From NCBI GenBank assembly GCA_965262675.1, contig OZ253554.1, positions 844,496 to 908,495 of the forward strand: a DNA stretch of 64,000 bases, read 5' to 3'. The notes below the pieces were generated by a model. It searched no databases. It was not told the DNA's origin and saw only the letters and a list, made by a program, of their open reading frames with translations. The translations under genes and the position numbers were made by a program. Shown piece by piece: positions 8,967 to 18,170 of the stretch (position 1 is its first letter; every line of letters starts with the position of its first letter). The stretch is from Terriglobia bacterium (GTDB taxonomy: Bacteria > Acidobacteriota > Terriglobia > 20CM-2-55-15).

Positions 8967-10340
8967 ATGAATGCTCTTGGCGGCGGTGGACGAGAGAGCG
9001 GCGCCAGGGAAAATCGGGGATCGGTCCTCGGACGGCGGTCGCTGGTTCGATGCGGCCTTGCCGGGCTGCTGGCAACGCCCTTTGCGAGCAGGGGCAGCGC
9101 CGCAGCCGGCGCAGCGGGATTCGGCACATTCGTGGCAGCGGGCCAGGAAGGCGGGGGCGAGGGATCGTTCCGTCCCGTGGAGGACGAGATCGTACTGGGC
9201 ATGTCCGCCGCGTTTTCAGGCCCCTCCAGGGGGCTGGGTAGCGAGCTTTATCGCGGCACCAGAGCCTATTTCAACCACGTAAACGACAACGGCGGGGTCA
9301 ATGGCCGCCGGATCGCGCTCAAGATTTACGACGACGGGTACCAGCCCGACCCATGCGTCCTGAACACCATGAAGCTCATGCTGGAAGACCGCGTCTTCCT
9401 GTTGTTCGGCTACGTGGGGACGCCGACCGTGACCCGTGCGCTGCCCCTGCTGAAGAAGTTCCAGGACGAGCGGGTCTACATGTTTTTTCCCTTTACAGGC
9501 GCCCAACCGCAAAGGGAACCCCCTTACGGCGATTTCGCCTTCAACCTCCGGGCGTCCTACCGTCAGGAGACGGCCGGTCTGGTCGACAACTTCGTTCGGG
9601 TCGGCCGGCGGCGCATCGGCGTGTTTTACCAGGCCGATGCCTATGGCCGTAGCGGATGGGCCGGCGTCAGGGCGGCTCTGGCGGCGCACGGCGAGCAACT
9701 TGCAGGCGAGGCCACCTATAGCCGCGGACAGAACTTCACCGGCAGCATGAGGCGGCAAGTTGAAATCCTGACGGCGGCATCGCCCGACGCGGTGATCTGC
9801 ATCGGTTCGTACGCCGCATGCGCCGGTTTTGCGCGCGACGCGGTTGACCTGGGCTTTCGGGTTCCGATCGCCAACCTTTCCTTCGTCGGGAGCGAGAACC
9901 TCCTTCAACTCCTCACCGAAAGCCAGGACGACGCCCAACCCTACACTCGGTTACTGGTCAACTCCCAGGTCGTTCCCAGCTACGAAAATACAGCCATTCC
10001 GGCCGTACTGGAGTATCGCGAGTTGATGTCGCGCTACGACCCCGCGGTCCCCGAAGAGCTTGTCCAGGAGCCCTACAACCCGTTTCCGCAGAGCTTCGTC
10101 AGCCTCGAGGGCTTCCTGAACGCCAAGTTGATGACCGAGATTCTGCGGCGCCTCGAAGGAGAGCCCACCAGGGCTGGACTGGAGGAAGCGGTCTTCTCGG
10201 TGCGGAACTTCGATCTCGGGATCGGCGAGAATGTCTCGTTCGGGCCCGATCGCCGGCAGGGGCTTCAGACCGTGTACTACACCGTCGTTCAGGATGGCCG
10301 TTTCGTGACACTGGAAGACTGGCAGGGCTGGCTTTCGTGA
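8967..10340 (+). CDS. ABC transporter substrate-binding protein, branched-chain amino acid (LivK/LivJ-like, PBP type I)
   Basis: Signal/TAT-like N-terminus and the motif LKIYDDGYQPDPCVLNTMKLMLEDRVFLLFGYVGTP typical of Leu/Ile/Val-binding proteins. Confidence 0.8.
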   Translation: MNALGGGGRESGARENRGSVLGRRSLVRCGLAGLLATPFASRGSAAAGAAGFGTFVAAGQEGGGEGSFRPVEDEIVLGMSAAFSGPSRGLGSELYRGTRAYFNHVNDNGGVNGRRIALKIYDDGYQPDPCVLNTMKLMLEDRVFLLFGYVGTPTVTRALPLLKKFQDERVYMFFPFTGAQPQREPPYGDFAFNLRASYRQETAGLVDNFVRVGRRRIGVFYQADAYGRSGWAGVRAALAAHGEQLAGEATYSRGQNFTGSMRRQVEILTAASPDAVICIGSYAACAGFARDAVDLGFRVPIANLSFVGSENLLQLLTESQDDAQPYTRLLVNSQVVPSYENTAIPAVLEYRELMSRYDPAVPEELVQEPYNPFPQSFVSLEGFLNAKLMTEILRRLEGEPTRAGLEEAVFSVRNFDLGIGENVSFGPDRRQGLQTVYYTVVQDGRFVTLEDWQGWLS

Positions 10341-10341
10341 A

Positions 10342-11085
10342 ATGAAAATCCAGAAACTCTTTCAGAAAACCCGGTTCGGCATCTTCGCTCTCTTCGGGGT
10401 AATCGTCCTGTCAACGTCCATTCTGTGCATTTACACCGTCGATACCCAGTTGTCGGCGGAGTACGTGACCAACAGCGCGAATATCGCGCAGAGCATCGCC
10501 GACTCCAGCGTGGACATCCTCCTGAACAGAGACCTGGCGACGCTGCAATCGATGATCGATCAGTTCGTCGAGATTCAGGGAATCAGTTACATATACATCA
10601 CCAGCGAGGAAGGCGAGTTTCTGGCGCATACCTTTGTACCCGGCATACCCGAAGAAATCCTTGCAAGCGATCCGTTCAGCACCGAACCCGTCGAACGAAA
10701 CATCCCCGGGATGGGCGATTTCATGGAAGTGGGCAGCCCAATCCTCGTCGGCGTTGCCGGAACGGTTCACGTGGGCATGGACCTGGACCTCGTCGCGCTC
10801 AAAATTCAGCGGGCCATCGGCCAGCAGGTCATCCTGATTTGCATCTTTCTCGTCGTTGGAGTGCTGGCTTCGATATGGCTCGTCAACCTGGCCGCAAAGC
10901 CGCTGGGAGAACTCCTGGCTTACGCCGTGGCACTGGCCGGCGACGGGGTCAAGGACACCGCGGGGAACGAAGCGCTCCTGACCCGGGACGATGAAGTCGG
11001 CGATCTGGCTCGCCTCTTCCGCTACGTTTCGGAACAATCTTCCCGCTCGGAAGCATCCGGAGCGCCACCGGAGATTGTCCGATAG
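10342..11085 (+). CDS. membrane sensor fragment (TM, periplasmic domain, TM, HAMP-like linker) with no output domain
   Basis: Two hydrophobic segments flank an approximately 130-aa periplasmic region, followed by an amphipathic HAMP-like stretch. The gene ends 15 nt before the MFS gene, so it is a truncated or stand-alone sensor. Confidence 0.5.
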   Translation: MKIQKLFQKTRFGIFALFGVIVLSTSILCIYTVDTQLSAEYVTNSANIAQSIADSSVDILLNRDLATLQSMIDQFVEIQGISYIYITSEEGEFLAHTFVPGIPEEILASDPFSTEPVERNIPGMGDFMEVGSPILVGVAGTVHVGMDLDLVALKIQRAIGQQVILICIFLVVGVLASIWLVNLAAKPLGELLAYAVALAGDGVKDTAGNEALLTRDDEVGDLARLFRYVSEQSSRSEASGAPPEIVR

Positions 11086-11099
11086 ACGGGGATTGCCCG

Positions 11100-12401
11100 A
11101 TGCGCATTCCGCGAAGCGTCATCGCGCTGTTCTGCACGATACTCCAGCTCTGCTTCGGTACGGTGTACGCCTGGAGTTTCTTCCAGACGATGCTCGTAAG
11201 GCAGAACGGCTGGACCCATACCGAGACGGCCTGGGCGTTCAGCATCGCGATCTTCTCACTCGGCGTATCGGCAGCCTGGGCCGGAAACGCACTTCCGAAA
11301 ATGGGTCCGAAGCGGCTCGCGGTGACCGGCAGCGCGATGTTCTCGATCGGTTACATGATCGCGGGCCTGGCGCTTCACCTCGATTCGGTACCGCTCTTCT
11401 ACCTGGGTTACGGCGTAATTGGCGGAGCGGGAATCGGGCTGGGTTACGTAACTCCGGTCGCAACAGTCGCCAAGTGGTTTCCCGACCGCAAGGGACTGGC
11501 CACCGGCATCGTCGTCATGGGCTTCGGCGTAGGGGCCTTTCTTCTGAGCAAGGGACTGGCGCCGTTCCTCATTGTGCAGGTTGGCCCTCAACTGCCGCTC
11601 GTCTTCGTATGGCTTGGCGTGATTTTCGCCTGCATCCTGATTCCCTGCAGTCTTGCCCTGAGCAATCCCCCGGAGTCGCGATCCCTGGCCGGCGCCGGGG
11701 CCGGACGCGCCGGTCGCAACGAAGCGGAATCCGCCGCCACATACCTGCGCACGCCGCAGTTCCTCATCATGTGGATCGTCTTCTTCTTCAATATCGCCGC
11801 GGGGATCTCGGTGATCGGCTTTCAGTCGGAAATCCTGCAAGAAGTCTGGGGCCTCTCCGATCCCTCGATCGAACCGGCCACGCTTGCCGCTTACGGCGCG
11901 ACGCTCATAACCGTCAGTTCGATCTGCAACGGTTTGGGGCGCCTTTTCTGGGGACTGCTATCGGACCGGATCGGGCGAGTCAGGGTTTTCAGGATCCTGC
12001 TTGCCAGCCAGATGTTCGTTTTCGGGATCCTCATGACGGAAACCAACCCCTGGGTTTTTTCCGTTTTGGTCTGCTATGTCCTGCTCTGTTTCGGAGGCGG
12101 GTTCGCCACCATGCCTTCATTCGTTCTCGATGTTTTTGGGACCAGGAAGATGTCCACGATTTACGGGGCCGTTCTGACTGCCTGGGCGGCCGCCGGGATC
12201 TTCGGCCCCCTGTACGTCGGCTATCTGAAGGACATGTATCCCGACAGATCCGTGTTGTACTGCTTTCTCATCGGAATACTCATGCTCGGCGCCGGGTACC
12301 TGTTCTCCTACCTGTTGAACGATGGGCGGCTTCGCCTGGGCCGACCGACGCTCGAAAGCACGCTTCAGCGGTATGGGATTCCGGTGGCGGAGAAGGGCTA
12401 G
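11100..12401 (+). CDS. MFS transporter, oxalate/formate antiporter (OFA) family
   Basis: N-terminus LQLCFGTVYAWSFFQ typical of OFA; 12 predicted TMs. Confidence 0.8.
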   Translation: MRIPRSVIALFCTILQLCFGTVYAWSFFQTMLVRQNGWTHTETAWAFSIAIFSLGVSAAWAGNALPKMGPKRLAVTGSAMFSIGYMIAGLALHLDSVPLFYLGYGVIGGAGIGLGYVTPVATVAKWFPDRKGLATGIVVMGFGVGAFLLSKGLAPFLIVQVGPQLPLVFVWLGVIFACILIPCSLALSNPPESRSLAGAGAGRAGRNEAESAATYLRTPQFLIMWIVFFFNIAAGISVIGFQSEILQEVWGLSDPSIEPATLAAYGATLITVSSICNGLGRLFWGLLSDRIGRVRVFRILLASQMFVFGILMTETNPWVFSVLVCYVLLCFGGGFATMPSFVLDVFGTRKMSTIYGAVLTAWAAAGIFGPLYVGYLKDMYPDRSVLYCFLIGILMLGAGYLFSYLLNDGRLRLGRPTLESTLQRYGIPVAEKG

Positions 12402-12593
12402 CCCGCATGCTGGCAACCCGTGGTATCGCAGGGGACCGGCCCCGGTTTCATTGGACAGATCGTCGACCGTGGCGGATAATCCAGACGTTCATCCGATAAT
12501 CCTTAATCTATCGGCACCTCGATGTACCGAGAAATAATCCTTCCGTCGGTCCGCACTCGGCTGAATTTCGCAAGGGCGGTTTCGAGAGATGGC

Positions 12594-13307
12594 ATGGTCC
12601 GGCCCGCACGCCGGTTCCCCTGGCTGCTTGCCGGTTTGCTGACACTGGCATCGTCCGCCGCCGCGGCGCCCGGGTTTCAGGAGTTGCCCGATTTGTCCGG
12701 CAACTGGATTCGCGGGGATTTCGCTGGATTAGGCCGGAGTAACCAACCCCTGGACCGCGCGATGCTCACCGTGGAAGGTCAACGCGGGATGGATGCGTAC
12801 GACTTTCTCACCGACGACCCCGCGTACGAATGCGTGCCGGCCAGTTGGACCCGGGTATGGTCGAATCCCAACGTCGTGGTCCAGGTCGATCAGTCGGACC
12901 GGGACGTGCGGCTGCGATACGAGTGGATGGATATCGATCGCAGGATCCCTCTGTACGATCCGGCCGATGCGAACGCGGAACGCGTGCATATGGAAGGCAT
13001 TCCCACGCTGGGACGTTCTATGGCCTGGTACGACGGCGACACGCTTGTCATCGACACCGTGGACTACGCGCCCGGCTACGTTTCGACGATCGCCGACCTA
13101 GCCGGACTGCCGCAAAGCCGCACCATGCACACCGTCGAACGAATTCGCCGCGAGGGTGAGGGACTGGTGATCGAAATCACGCACCTCGATCCGACCATCC
13201 TTCGCCGGCCCTTCGTCATGGCCATCAGCTACGCCCCGACGGATTTTGAGTTGCTCGACTATGGATGTTCGCCTGAATACGCACGGATCGTGGCGCCCGA
13301 CGATTAA
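12594..13307 (+). CDS. secreted protein, paralogue family L (subtype 3) of the recurring two-gene cassette
   Basis: Signal peptide; shared motifs PDLSGNW..., YDGDTLVIDT and C-terminal DYGCSPEY align with ORFs 16250, 17120, 53470 and 56151. Confidence 0.6.
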   Translation: MVRPARRFPWLLAGLLTLASSAAAAPGFQELPDLSGNWIRGDFAGLGRSNQPLDRAMLTVEGQRGMDAYDFLTDDPAYECVPASWTRVWSNPNVVVQVDQSDRDVRLRYEWMDIDRRIPLYDPADANAERVHMEGIPTLGRSMAWYDGDTLVIDTVDYAPGYVSTIADLAGLPQSRTMHTVERIRREGEGLVIEITHLDPTILRRPFVMAISYAPTDFELLDYGCSPEYARIVAPDD

Positions 13308-13322
13308 CCCGGGAGCAACCGA

Positions 13323-13721
13323 ATGAGTCTTCCACAACACGCGATCCTGGCAACGTTGCCCTCCCTGCTGCTCACCCTGGCGGCCCCGGCGCACCATTCC
13401 GTGGCCGTCAACTTCGACCAGTCCAGAGAAATCACCATCGAGGGTGTGCTCACCGAGATGTCCTGGCGCAATCCGCACTCCCATTTTCGGATCGACGTCG
13501 AGGACAGCGAGGGCCCACAATCGGAATGGCTGGTCGAAATGGGCGCGATCAACACGATGCGCAGAGCCGGATTCGAAGTCGAACTTTTCGTGCCCGGAGA
13601 GACGGTATCGATTACCGGTTGGCCGGGGTGGCGGGATCGGACGCTTTACCTGAGTTCCGCAATCCTGCAGGATGGAACGGAATTGATCTGCGCAGGCGCG
13701 TCCTGCAATCGGGAGAGGTAA
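13323..13721 (+). CDS. small secreted His-His protein (132 aa), partner S of the cassette
   Basis: Signal peptide ends ...AAPA followed by HHSVAVNFD. Conserved W.NPHSHF, E.G..N core shared with ORFs 18171 and 54333. Confidence 0.6.
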   Translation: MSLPQHAILATLPSLLLTLAAPAHHSVAVNFDQSREITIEGVLTEMSWRNPHSHFRIDVEDSEGPQSEWLVEMGAINTMRRAGFEVELFVPGETVSITGWPGWRDRTLYLSSAILQDGTELICAGASCNRER

Positions 13722-13724
13722 ATC

Positions 13725-15095
13725 ATGAACGACGGCCGCATCGACCGGCGGGAATTCATCGGAACCGCCCTCGCGGGCTCCGTCCTCGCCATGGCGCCCG
13801 AATTGGCTGGCCAACAACCTCCAGAGCTCCCGGAACGACCGAACATCGTGTTTCTGTTCGCGGACGATCTGGGTTACGGCGACCTGAGTTCCTACGGCCG
13901 GCCCGACTATCGGACGCCCGTCCTGGACCGGTTGGCCGATGACGGCCTGGCCTTCTCGGACGCCTACGCGGCCGCGCCCGTATGTTCGCCAACGCGCGTC
14001 GGTTTTCACACCGGCCGCTATCCCCACCGGTTGCCCGTCGGGGCCGGAGGCGTGGTGGGCGCCGACGACGTTTCGCTGGGCATCCCGCCGGAACATCCGA
14101 CACTGGCGACGCTGCTTCGGCGACAGGGATACGAGAACATCCTGCTCGGCAAATGGCACGTGGGCCGCGCACCCCGATTCCGCCCGAACGCGCAGGGATA
14201 CGATGAGTTTTTCGGATTCCTGACCGGAACGTCCGACTACTTCGCATATACCAATACGGCCGGTTTCCGGGACCTCTGGGACAACGATGAACCCAGCGAC
14301 GCGGAAGGCTACCTGACCGATCTGCTGACCGATCGGGCCGTCGAGGCCATTCGAAGGCCGCGCGAACAGCCGTTTTACCTGAGCCTGCACTACAACGCCC
14401 CACATTCGCCATGGGAAGGACCCGGCGACGGAGGACTCGACCACACTCATCCGGTCCAGCAGGGACCGGCCGGGTCCCCAGAGAAGTACGGCGAGATGAT
14501 GCGCAGCCTGGATGACGGGATCGGGCGGGTCCTGGCCGCACTGACCGATAGGAACCTGGATCGCACGACCCTCGTCGTGTTCACCAGCGACAACGGTGGA
14601 GCGCAGTATTCGAACAACTGGCCGTTCTCGTTTCAAAAGGGCAACTGCTGGGAAGGAGGCATACGGGTCCCGGCGATCGTGCGCTGGCCGGGCGTCGTTC
14701 CGGCAGGATTCCGAACCGGCCAGGTGGCCACGACCATGGACTGGACAGCGACATTTCTGGCCGCCGCGGGAGCGAGTCCGGATTCGAATTACCCGCTGGA
14801 CGGCGACAACCTGCTCCCGGTCTGCACGGGCGAACGGCCCGCCTACGATCGGACGCTGTTCTGGCGAAACCCCCGGCACGATGCCGTGCGATCCGGACAG
14901 TGGAAGTATCTGCGGGACCCCCAAGGGGAATATCTGTTCAATCTTCCGGCCGACCCCGGTGAACGAACCGATCTGAAGGACAATTATCCGGAAATATTCG
15001 ATTCCCTGCGAAATCGGTTCCAGGCGTGGAACCGGAAGATGGTTCCGCTTCCCGAGGCCGCGGGACCCGGCGGCCGGGGCCGCGGCGGCGTTTAG
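13725..15095 (+). CDS. arylsulfatase (formylglycine-dependent sulfatase family)
   Basis: TAT signal RREFIGTALAG; sulfatase signature PVCSPTRVGFHTGRYPHR (C-x-P-x-R); begins 4 nt after the small His-His gene. Confidence 0.9.
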   Translation: MNDGRIDRREFIGTALAGSVLAMAPELAGQQPPELPERPNIVFLFADDLGYGDLSSYGRPDYRTPVLDRLADDGLAFSDAYAAAPVCSPTRVGFHTGRYPHRLPVGAGGVVGADDVSLGIPPEHPTLATLLRRQGYENILLGKWHVGRAPRFRPNAQGYDEFFGFLTGTSDYFAYTNTAGFRDLWDNDEPSDAEGYLTDLLTDRAVEAIRRPREQPFYLSLHYNAPHSPWEGPGDGGLDHTHPVQQGPAGSPEKYGEMMRSLDDGIGRVLAALTDRNLDRTTLVVFTSDNGGAQYSNNWPFSFQKGNCWEGGIRVPAIVRWPGVVPAGFRTGQVATTMDWTATFLAAAGASPDSNYPLDGDNLLPVCTGERPAYDRTLFWRNPRHDAVRSGQWKYLRDPQGEYLFNLPADPGERTDLKDNYPEIFDSLRNRFQAWNRKMVPLPEAAGPGGRGRGGV

Positions 15096-15102
15096 CCCGC
15101 GC

Positions 15103-15260
15103 CTACAGTCTCGGAATGCAGGCGCCCCTCCGACTCCCCCTGTAGGTGCGGTCTACGACCGCACGATTACCGCACGATCTTGATTTGGGCGGTCATAGAC
15201 CGCCCCTACATTAGCTTTGGGCGATCATCGTTCACCCTCACAGTCTCGGAATGTAGCTGG
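15103..15260. mobile_element. MITE-like REP element (inverted REP pair) flanked by 17-bp direct repeats ACAGTCTCGGAATGYAG
   Basis: cctgtaggtgcggtctacgaccgcacgat ... ggtcatagaccgcccctaca lies between the two copies of acagtctcggaatg(c/t)ag. The flanking repeats look like a target-site duplication. Confidence 0.6.
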
Positions 15261-15261
15261 C

Positions 15262-16137
15262 TCACTCCCGAATCCCTTCGGGCGTGACGTTGACTTCGAC
15301 CCTGAAGCGCTGGAAGTTGCGATATTGAGCTCGCGTATCGACGGTGTGAAGGTCGCTGTCGTAGTTTTCTTCCATCGAGTCCGGAACCAGCATCCCCAGT
15401 TCGGGGCTGTCCCTGTAGCCAACCCGCATCGTGACCCGATACCGCGTGCGGGCGGACTCTCCCTCGAAGATGACCTCTGTTCTGACGACACTTCCGTTTT
15501 CGGGATCGATCCAGAACGTCCCATGCGCCGGTCGGTCTTCGCCATTGGATCCCCGCACGAGCGTGGGACTGGCGGCCTCCAGGAAACTGACCTCCCACGT
15601 ATCGACACCGTCGATGGTGCGTGTTCTATCCTGTTCGAATGAAAAGCGGTCGAGATTGTCGGGACGCAGAAATGTCAATGCAAACGTGGGGACGTTGAAG
15701 TTTCGCGAAAAGTCGCCAATGTTGTGCTGGGCGTCTGTCCGGGTTTCAAGGATTTCTTCGAGCGACTCCGGAAAGACGTCCGGAACTTCGACCGGAACGC
15801 CATCGACGCGCAGCACGTTTCTGACGCCATACCAACGCGCCCGGACTTGCAGCAACAGAAAATCCGAAGCCAGGCGCCGGCGCTCCCGTTTCACAACCGT
15901 TGGCGGAGTGTTTCCACCGAGCCACGCGGCATTCTGAACGTATTCCTCTTCGCCGATAACCGTCCCCAGTTGCCCTTCATAGTCCGCGACGTATCGGCCG
16001 GCGCGCTCCAGAACGGTAGCCAGATCGAGCGAACTCGAATCGACCTGCCCCTGGCCGGCGGCAACGCCCCCCAGAACGAACAACACCAACAGTGCGGCAA
16101 CGGCAACGGACGCGGCCGTTTCCGAAACGGTTTTCAT
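15262..16137 (-). CDS. hypothetical secreted protein (291 aa)
   Basis: Signal peptide MKTVSETAASVAVAALLVLFVLGG; no family recognised. Confidence 0.55.
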   Translation of the reverse strand: MKTVSETAASVAVAALLVLFVLGGVAAGQGQVDSSSLDLATVLERAGRYVADYEGQLGTVIGEEEYVQNAAWLGGNTPPTVVKRERRRLASDFLLLQVRARWYGVRNVLRVDGVPVEVPDVFPESLEEILETRTDAQHNIGDFSRNFNVPTFALTFLRPDNLDRFSFEQDRTRTIDGVDTWEVSFLEAASPTLVRGSNGEDRPAHGTFWIDPENGSVVRTEVIFEGESARTRYRVTMRVGYRDSPELGMLVPDSMEENYDSDLHTVDTRAQYRNFQRFRVEVNVTPEGIRE

Positions 16138-16249
16138 GACATCGAGTGTAGCTCCACTCTCGGTTTTCGCGGACTAAATCCGATACCTGCTGGGTTCTCT
16201 TGACATTTGTTGTAAACTGCGGAAATCGAACAAACCGGGGGTCGCCAGA

Positions 16250-17104
16250 GTGAAAACACGGTCTCGACATGCAAGAGTCCTCATCGCCGCCATCACGTCG
16301 ATCACGAGCCTCTCGTTAGCAGTTGACATTGCGGTTGCTCAGACGCCGGACTACGAAGCGCCTCGCCTGATCGGGACCGGGAACCCCGACCTGAACGGCG
16401 TCTGGCAGACACTGAACACTGCGAATTGGAATATCGAACCGCATGCGGCCGGGCGTGCGGCGTTCGCGGAACTTCAGGGCGCGATCGGGGCGGTCCCCGC
16501 CGGACAGGGAGTTGTCGAGGGCGGCGAGATCCCATATCAGGAGTGGGCCGAAGCGCAGAGGCAAATAAACTTCGAACAGCGGTTCACGAGACCCATCGAC
16601 CGGCAAACCAACGAAACAACCGGCGACCCCGAGGCCAAGTGTTATCTGCCGGGCGTGCCGCGCGCCACCTATCTTCCCTATCCGTTTCGCATCGTCCAGA
16701 CGCCGTCTCAGATCCTGATCGCGTATGAATACGCCAACGCCACCCGTGTGGTGCACATGGATCGGGAACCCGTCAGCCCGTCGCTTTCCTGGATGGGCTG
16801 GTCGATCGGCCGCTGGGAGGGAGACACGCTGGTCGTGGAGGTTACCGACCAATTGGCATCCACATGGTTTGATCGCGCCGGCAATTTTCACAGTGAGGAT
16901 CTACGTGTGGTCGAGCGTTACACACCGATCGGCCCGGACCACCTGATGTACGAAGCCACGATTGAGGATCCGGCCGTGTTTACGCGCCCCTGGACCATAC
17001 GCATGCCGCTGTACCGCCGGATCGAGGAAAACGCGCAAATTCTGGAGTTCAAGTGCGTGGAGTTCGTTGAAGAGTTCATGTATGGACACATGGTCGACGA
17101 TTAG
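16250..17104 (+). CDS. secreted protein, paralogue family L (subtype 1)
   Basis: About 50% identical to ORF 53470. Motifs NPDLNGVWQTLNTANWN, DPEAKCY.PGVPR, SWMGWSIGRWEGDTLVV, EATIEDP, IEENAQILEFKCV. Confidence 0.65.
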   Translation: MKTRSRHARVLIAAITSITSLSLAVDIAVAQTPDYEAPRLIGTGNPDLNGVWQTLNTANWNIEPHAAGRAAFAELQGAIGAVPAGQGVVEGGEIPYQEWAEAQRQINFEQRFTRPIDRQTNETTGDPEAKCYLPGVPRATYLPYPFRIVQTPSQILIAYEYANATRVVHMDREPVSPSLSWMGWSIGRWEGDTLVVEVTDQLASTWFDRAGNFHSEDLRVVERYTPIGPDHLMYEATIEDPAVFTRPWTIRMPLYRRIEENAQILEFKCVEFVEEFMYGHMVDD

Positions 17105-17119
17105 ACGGGAGATGTTGCG

Positions 17120-18166
17120 ATGAATAATCGATTGCTGCTTGGAATGGGTGTGCTGATCGCCGGGCTGTCGCTTGCGGCCCTGCCCACCGTCGCACAGGCC
17201 TTCGCACAGGAAGAAGTGGCCCAGGACTGGACCCGATCATACACGCCCTGGGGCGATCCGGACCTGCAGGGGGTGTACACGTTCTCGACCAATACTCCTC
17301 TGGAGCGCCCCGAAGCGCTTGGGGACAAGGCAACGTACACGGAAGCCGAACTGGCGGAACTGGAGGCGCAGGCCGCCGAAAGACTCACCACCGAGGGCGG
17401 CGCGCTCCAGGCGGGCAACGTCGGCAGCTATAACAGCTTCTGGACAAGCAACGAAAAGGGACGGTTGATGAACCGCACGTCGCTGGTGATCGACCCGCCC
17501 GACGGCCGTCTTCCCCAGGTTCGGGAGCAGGCGCAGATTGTTTGGGAAGAGCAGGCGGCGGACTTGGCGGATCGGACCGTTGGCGAGGCGCCTTTCGTCG
17601 AAACGCTGTACCGCACATGGACAGACTTCCCTGCCTATGAACGTTGCCTCGCTCGTCCGATGCCTCGAGTCTGGCAATCCTACAACCACGGCGTTCAGAT
17701 TCTGCAGACCCCCGGCTACGTGGTGATCCACTACGAGAGCATGAACGACGTGCGCATCGTTCCGCTGGACCAACGCCCGCCTCTTCACGACAACATCCGG
17801 CAGTGGAATGGGGACTCGCGCGGTCACTGGGAAGGCGACACGCTCGTGGTCGACTGGTCCAACTTCAGCGACAAGCAATTGTTCGATGGGGGGCGTGCAC
17901 GCCAGCCCCTGAATTTGCCTCAGGGCACCATGCGCTTTACCGAACGGTTTACGAAGGTCGACGCCAACACGATCGACTACGAAGTCACCGTTGTGGATTC
18001 GGCCATGTGGTCCGAACCCTGGACATTCGCCCTGCCCTGGCGGGGCGACGATCCGAATTATCAGGAACCTGAAGATCTTTATGAATTCGCCTGTCACGAA
18101 GGCAACTACAGAATGATGGAAAACTCACTGAAGGGGTCGCGCGCCCTGGAAGAGCAGTCCAACTAG
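17120..18166 (+). CDS. secreted protein, paralogue family L (subtype 2)
   Basis: Homologous to ORF 56151 (TPWGDPDLQGVY, IDPPDGR.P, QSPGYVV, GHWEGDTLVV, YEFACHEGNY). Confidence 0.65.
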   Translation: MNNRLLLGMGVLIAGLSLAALPTVAQAFAQEEVAQDWTRSYTPWGDPDLQGVYTFSTNTPLERPEALGDKATYTEAELAELEAQAAERLTTEGGALQAGNVGSYNSFWTSNEKGRLMNRTSLVIDPPDGRLPQVREQAQIVWEEQAADLADRTVGEAPFVETLYRTWTDFPAYERCLARPMPRVWQSYNHGVQILQTPGYVVIHYESMNDVRIVPLDQRPPLHDNIRQWNGDSRGHWEGDTLVVDWSNFSDKQLFDGGRARQPLNLPQGTMRFTERFTKVDANTIDYEVTVVDSAMWSEPWTFALPWRGDDPNYQEPEDLYEFACHEGNYRMMENSLKGSRALEEQSN

Positions 18167-18170
18167 GGAG

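Noticed and set aside
10991-12499. 502-aa plus-strand ORF overlapping the MFS gene
   Set aside because: Alternative frame of the OFA transporter gene; R-rich artefact.
13098-14924. 608-aa minus-strand ORF
   Set aside because: Antisense to the sulfatase and small His-His genes, which carry clear signatures (CSPTR motif).
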